DNA of 64,000 nucleotides from Verrucomicrobiia bacterium (GTDB lineage Bacteria; Verrucomicrobiota; Verrucomicrobiia; Verrucomicrobiales; DEV007): NCBI GenBank assembly GCA_020440025.1, contig JAGROX010000003.1, positions 6,069 to 70,068 of the forward strand, read 5' to 3'. Shown piece by piece: positions 63,738 to 64,000 of this stretch (position 1 is its first letter; each line of letters starts with the position of its first letter). The notes under the pieces were generated by a model. It saw only the letters and a program-made list of their open reading frames with translations, ran no database searches and was not told where the DNA came from. The position numbers and the translations under genes were made by a program.

Positions 63738-64000
63738 GGGTAGAAGGGGAATGGGTGTTTTCCGGTTCGAAGCCGCTTTCTGCGGTCCCCATGGCTGCGC
63801 CGACCAATTCCGGCTCGGACTTCGCTTTTGTCTGAGGCTTCGGCTTCTCTGCGGCGGAAACCATCGGACTGCCATCCTCGCCGGGTGGCGGATAGAACTC
63901 GGCCATCTTGGCGATGAACTCGTCGATGAAGACCTGCATGCCAGCGAGGAGCGATTTGATTCGCGAGCTGAGATAGCTGTAGATGAAGAGGGCGGGAATG
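63727..64000 (-). CDS. exbB: MotA/TolQ/ExbB-family proton channel, C-terminal part only (continues beyond the window)
   Basis: The frame is open to the window end. My own translation of 63940-63999 gives IPALFIYSYLSSRIKSLLAG, then MQVFIDEFI..., which is the last TM helix plus tail of ExbB-like proteins. It overlaps the exbD start by 11 nt. Confidence 0.7.
   Translation of the reverse strand, partial: IPALFIYSYLSSRIKSLLAGMQVFIDEFIAKMAEFYPPPGEDGSPMVSAAEKPKPQTKAKSEPELVGAAMGTAESGFEPENTHSPSTHAN

Overview
High-GC chromosomal DNA that looks like a PVC-superphylum bacterium, most likely Verrucomicrobiota. The taxon call rests on a DUF1553/DUF1501 gene pair, a PVC-type haem-binding dehydrogenase-like protein and many giant secreted Ig/He_PIG proteins, judged by eye only. 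I call about 38 genes and see no rRNA, tRNA, CRISPR array, transposase, integrase or phage genes. Four giant secreted proteins (1306, 1459, 1700 and 3780 aa) take up about 39% of the window. Gene order: (1) 1-6649, DUF1553 + DUF1501 + a 1004-aa haem-binding protein. (2) 6726-17169, a co-directional minus-strand cluster: small Cys-motif membrane protein, then a beta-propeller/di-haem/Ig giant, a giant with four copies of an unrecognised 180-aa repeat, and a His-rich beta-barrel-like protein. (3) 17252-22668, an ABC ATPase / ABC-2 permease / GldG-like / DUF4340 operon. (4) 22970-28274, housekeeping genes (xth, recQ) and small membrane proteins. (5) 28458-40329, a plus-strand block: FadL-like OMP, orphan histidine kinase, then a type II secretion-like operon (E, F, G, three minor pseudopilins, K-like, L/M/C-like) with no secretin or prepilin peptidase. 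(6) 40564-46938, a PstS-like binding protein + a 1700-aa choice-of-anchor-I-like giant. (7) 47415-64000, one tightly packed minus-strand array: ExbB, ExbD, TonB, porin-like barrel, coiled-coil protein, parvulin PPIase, then a 3780-aa TPS-domain (filamentous-haemagglutinin-like) exoprotein with no obvious TpsB partner. The best novelty candidates are the TonB/porin/chaperone/FHA array, the C-terminal module shared by three giants flanking the secretin-less T2SS, and the unrecognised 4x repeat domain. All domain names are pattern recognition on the translations; no searches were run.
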